Shown here piece after piece: positions 60,963 to 64,000 of a stretch of 64,000 nt of DNA. Origin of the DNA: Diplonema japonicum (lineage: Eukaryota > Protista > Euglenozoa: Diplonemea); contig OZ025741.1 of assembly GCA_964019335.1 (NCBI GenBank), positions 124,001 through 188,000 of the forward strand, given 5' to 3'. The translations under genes and the position numbers were made by a program. Position 1 is the first letter of the stretch. The number at the start of each line of letters is the position of its first letter. The notes beneath the pieces were generated by a model. The model made no database searches. It was given only the letters and a program-made list of their open reading frames with translations, and was not told the DNA's origin.

Positions 60963-63900
60963 ATAAATTTCGGTGTGCGGGTGGGTGCTCACCGTTAAGG
61001 GAGAAATTCACACTAATCGGTCACCGTTCTGCGGTTGCTGTCTGGTGCCTGCAGTGGCTGTTTGTCGCGATGAGATGGACGGCATCTGGGCGAGAAACAT
61101 TGCTTGGAGTCGTGCTAGGTAGGGGGCGGTTTGGCTCGAGGAGAAGAGTGGTCTCCTGTCGTAGCCGTGTGTCGTCGGGCCCCCAAGATGTCGAAGGGTG
61201 TGTACCCTTGTCTTTGCGTTGGCGGGGAAAGCATTCTTCCCACTCTTTGCTGTGCATTTCTGAATACGTCCTAAGATGTATCGCATCCTTCCAGCCTTCT
61301 CTGTGAGCCAGTCCTGGTCGTCGAGGGGTCCAGCCAAGGACTGCCGGGTGGCCTGCTCATAGTCTACTGCGAGCTCCATCGTCGTGACGGACGTCAACTT
61401 CCTGCCTGCGTACCATCTTAGGCTTTTCAGCCACCTGAGGACGCTCTTCATGTAGAACATTAGGACCTTTCCCGACGCTCCGTTCGATTTCAACAGCTCC
61501 ACTGTGGGCACAGTGTGCTGCTTCCCCGTTGTGATCTCATCCCACGGGTTGGTGGTGAGGATTCTGGTGCTCCGTTCAGCCGCTCTGGCGTCTCGTCTTG
61601 ACACGACATCCAACAGGTATCGTTGCACGACTGCCGCCTGTTGCTTCGCAGCCCCCGTTGCGCCCCTTGGAATGATCCCGTGGAGGGCGGTCACTGCAGG
61701 TAGGTCACTTCGTGTCATCCCGCCATATCTTTCGTTTGTCAGGGCAGCTCTCGCTGGTGCACATTCCCATAGGGCGTGCTCCGTGACTTCTGTCGTCGTC
61801 TGGCATCGATGGTCGCAGACGTCGCACGCAAGAGACGAGCTTTCCACACCCTCACGTTCATCCAATTGCTTCCCCCACACTCGAGGGTGTACCGTGAACA
61901 CTGCACCGCTGATGATCCGCCGCAGTCTGTACGATATCAGCGGTCTCCGTGACTGGAGCTTCCTCCACCGGGCGTTCGTGGACGGACATGCACCCGCTTC
62001 CATTCCAGCAAAAGACGACCTGCCGTGGATCAATTCCTTTGCAACAGCCGGTCTGATCGCCTGTCTTACTTCATGGCGTCTCGCACTGGGCACCAGAGCG
62101 CGCAAACCTTCAATGAAGGACCACCCCTTGTTCAGGAAGGGTAGCCACCTCTTCAGCAAGACCCCTAGCGGCCCCCTCTCCTCGTCGTCCTCTCGCTCCC
62201 GGTACAGTGTAACAATCTCATTGACTCGCTGCCACAGTTGTGGGGAGGTGAGGCTTTCTCGCACCAGGCAGTTCACCGTGTTGTAAACAATCTTCGCTTG
62301 TGGATATGCTGTGTGTCCAGGTAACAGCACATTGAGCACAGCCATCGGGGATCTCATCCTGAAGCGCGGTCCCCATAGGGAAGTCACCGTCGCTGTACAG
62401 AGCTTCTTCAGCTGGTTGTCAGACGGCGCAGCGTAGGTCGTACCGTATAGACAGGATGGTAGCACAGTGCCCGTCAGCATTGACGCCTTGTTCCCGAAGC
62501 TTAATGGCAATGCACCAAGCCGGGACAAACGGCCTTCGGCGGAATGTAGCTTGTCCAAACTATGTTTCCCGTTCATGTTCAGGATCACGCCAAGCGCCTT
62601 GATCCCCTTCGTCACTCTGAACGATGAGCCTGTGCACTTCAACCAAGGGCCGATCTCATCCTTCGTCGAGAATGCTTGTGACTTGTTTTCGTTAAGGCGC
62701 ATGCCTGTCCGCTCGCAAAACTCGATTGTTTTGTTGGTCGCTCTCTTGAGTACCTCGACCAAACGCGCAAGTAGGTACGCGTCGTCCGCGTACGACAGCG
62801 ATCGCGAGCCAGGTACCTCAGCAATCACGCACTTCACCATCACTGACACCAGAGCGTTCACCAGGATGACGGAGATTGGACACCCTTGGAGAATTCCATT
62901 TGTCACGTGGAACTCGGAACCCACGCCAGTAGGGAAGCGGAAACGTCTTTTGAGGCCTGCGTACATCGCTTTGAGCGGGGTCAGTATCCTCTGGTGCAAA
63001 CCCAGGTCTTGCATAAGCCCGAACGCTACTTTCTGTGGCACCCTGTCGAAGCACTTGACGAAGTCCAGTGCTATGCCGTTAAGAGGGGTGTTGGTCAGCA
63101 TCGCCGTCTCCAGCTGCGTGCTGAGCTCCATCAGGATGCTGTCCGTCCCGTGACGTGGTCGAAAACCATGCTGCGAGTCGTCCGCCCATTTCTCTTGCCA
63201 TGGCGATATATCACGCAACCTGGCACAGGCCCACAGTCTGTAGACCGCACTCGTGACTGTGATGGGGCGGTGGTTGAGCGGAGTCCTCTCGCCTCCCTTC
63301 GGGATCAGCGTAACCAACGCCGTCAGGAGTGCCTTCGGCCACTTCCCTGTCACCTCGATGGCGTTGAAGAGCATCGCCCACGCATCCAACAATACATTTG
63401 GCATAGCGCGAAGTTCTGCCATCCTCCACCCATCAACTCCCGGTGCTGTCCTCGTCGATTTCTTGGCCAGAACTGCTCTCAGATCAGCCCCTGTCAGTGG
63501 CTGGAGCACCATGTCATGCGTCGAGATGTATGGCCCGTATCTAGCCTTGAAAGCCTCGTACGATGGTTCTTCATGCCCTTCACCGTACATCTGGAGCACG
63601 CCGTCCCATTCCGCGTGCATCATCCTGTCCATCTCGTCGAGGTCTGCGGTCAGCACTCCGCCGCTCTCCACTGCCTGCGCCGCTGACGTAGAAGTGTTTT
63701 TCACAAAGGCGGTCATCCCCCTCCGCTCCTCCTGGAACTGGGTGTTGATCCTCGCCTCGTACTTCTTCTCCCGCTCCACTCTCGTGTCCTTTGCGATCTC
63801 GCGTAGTAGCGAGGAGAGGTTGTCGTCTAGCAGTTGAAGTCTGGTGACAATCGACTCCAGGTCATCCTTCAGCAAGTTCCTATCAAATACTGGAGGGTTC

Positions 63901-64000
63901 GGCAGTTTCTCCAGCAAACTCAGAGCATTCGCCCAAGTCTTCAACAGAACTACTGGCATGTTGCACACTTGTCCCTTGTCAATCATCACCTGGATTTCCG
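60963..64000 (-). mobile_element. Non-LTR retrotransposon (LINE-like), 5' part outside the window
   Basis: Uninterrupted RT ORF followed by a ~45-nt 3' UTR ending in a short A run; compositionally distinct from the flanking poly(A/T) DNA. The 3' boundary is approximate. Confidence 0.85.
61008..64000 (-). CDS. Non-LTR reverse transcriptase with C-terminal CCHC-type zinc motif (5'-partial)
   Basis: APGVDGW, LIPK, RPITV, QHGFR, LDFVKCFDRV, GILQGCPIS, YADD, ALGV; CDVC...TEHALWEC. The frame is open to the window edge. Confidence 0.92.
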   Translation of the reverse strand, partial: EIQVMIDKGQVCNMPVVLLKTWANALSLLEKLPNPPVFDRNLLKDDLESIVTRLQLLDDNLSSLLREIAKDTRVEREKKYEARINTQFQEERRGMTAFVKNTSTSAAQAVESGGVLTADLDEMDRMMHAEWDGVLQMYGEGHEEPSYEAFKARYGPYISTHDMVLQPLTGADLRAVLAKKSTRTAPGVDGWRMAELRAMPNVLLDAWAMLFNAIEVTGKWPKALLTALVTLIPKGGERTPLNHRPITVTSAVYRLWACARLRDISPWQEKWADDSQHGFRPRHGTDSILMELSTQLETAMLTNTPLNGIALDFVKCFDRVPQKVAFGLMQDLGLHQRILTPLKAMYAGLKRRFRFPTGVGSEFHVTNGILQGCPISVILVNALVSVMVKCVIAEVPGSRSLSYADDAYLLARLVEVLKRATNKTIEFCERTGMRLNENKSQAFSTKDEIGPWLKCTGSSFRVTKGIKALGVILNMNGKHSLDKLHSAEGRLSRLGALPLSFGNKASMLTGTVLPSCLYGTTYAAPSDNQLKKLCTATVTSLWGPRFRMRSPMAVLNVLLPGHTAYPQAKIVYNTVNCLVRESLTSPQLWQRVNEIVTLYREREDDEERGPLGVLLKRWLPFLNKGWSFIEGLRALVPSARRHEVRQAIRPAVAKELIHGRSSFAGMEAGACPSTNARWRKLQSRRPLISYRLRRIISGAVFTVHPRVWGKQLDEREGVESSSLACDVCDHRCQTTTEVTEHALWECAPARAALTNERYGGMTRSDLPAVTALHGIIPRGATGAAKQQAAVVQRYLLDVVSRRDARAAERSTRILTTNPWDEITTGKQHTVPTVELLKSNGASGKVLMFYMKSVLRWLKSLRWYAGRKLTSVTTMELAVDYEQATRQSLAGPLDDQDWLTEKAGRMRYILGRIQKCTAKSGKNAFPANAKTRVHTLRHLGGPTTHGYDRRPLFSSSQTAPYLARLQAMFLAQMPSISSRQTATAGTRQQPQNGDRLV

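Overview
Eukaryotic (protist) genomic DNA. All ten credible protein-coding genes plus a retrotransposon ORF lie on the minus strand, separated by poly(A)/poly(T)-rich spacers. Together with very short GT-AG introns and single-hairpin AGA-box RNAs, this suggests a euglenozoan, probably diplonemid-like, directional gene cluster (inference). In plus-coordinate order the window holds: a 3'-truncated CCDC40/FAP172 gene; a MITE-like element and an 80-nt hairpin; a Zn-finger/acidic/SHIPPO-repeat protein; a WW-domain protein; a small unknown ORF; a TBC1D7-like gene with a CCHC knuckle; a candidate HDV-like self-cleaving ribozyme (9842-9975, minus); a membrane protein; a secreted granulin-SGNH hydrolase fusion; two adjacent giant Cys-rich surface proteins (about 7215 aa single-pass, and about 7370 aa with a polycystin-1-like 5-TM end); an 8-copy repeat/spacer array that folds as AGA-box H/ACA guide RNAs; a J-like/RNA 3'-phosphate cyclase-like fusion with degenerate catalytic motifs; and a non-LTR retrotransposon running off the right edge. 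All homology calls come from motif recognition by eye and all folds were paired by hand. No database search or folding program was run.
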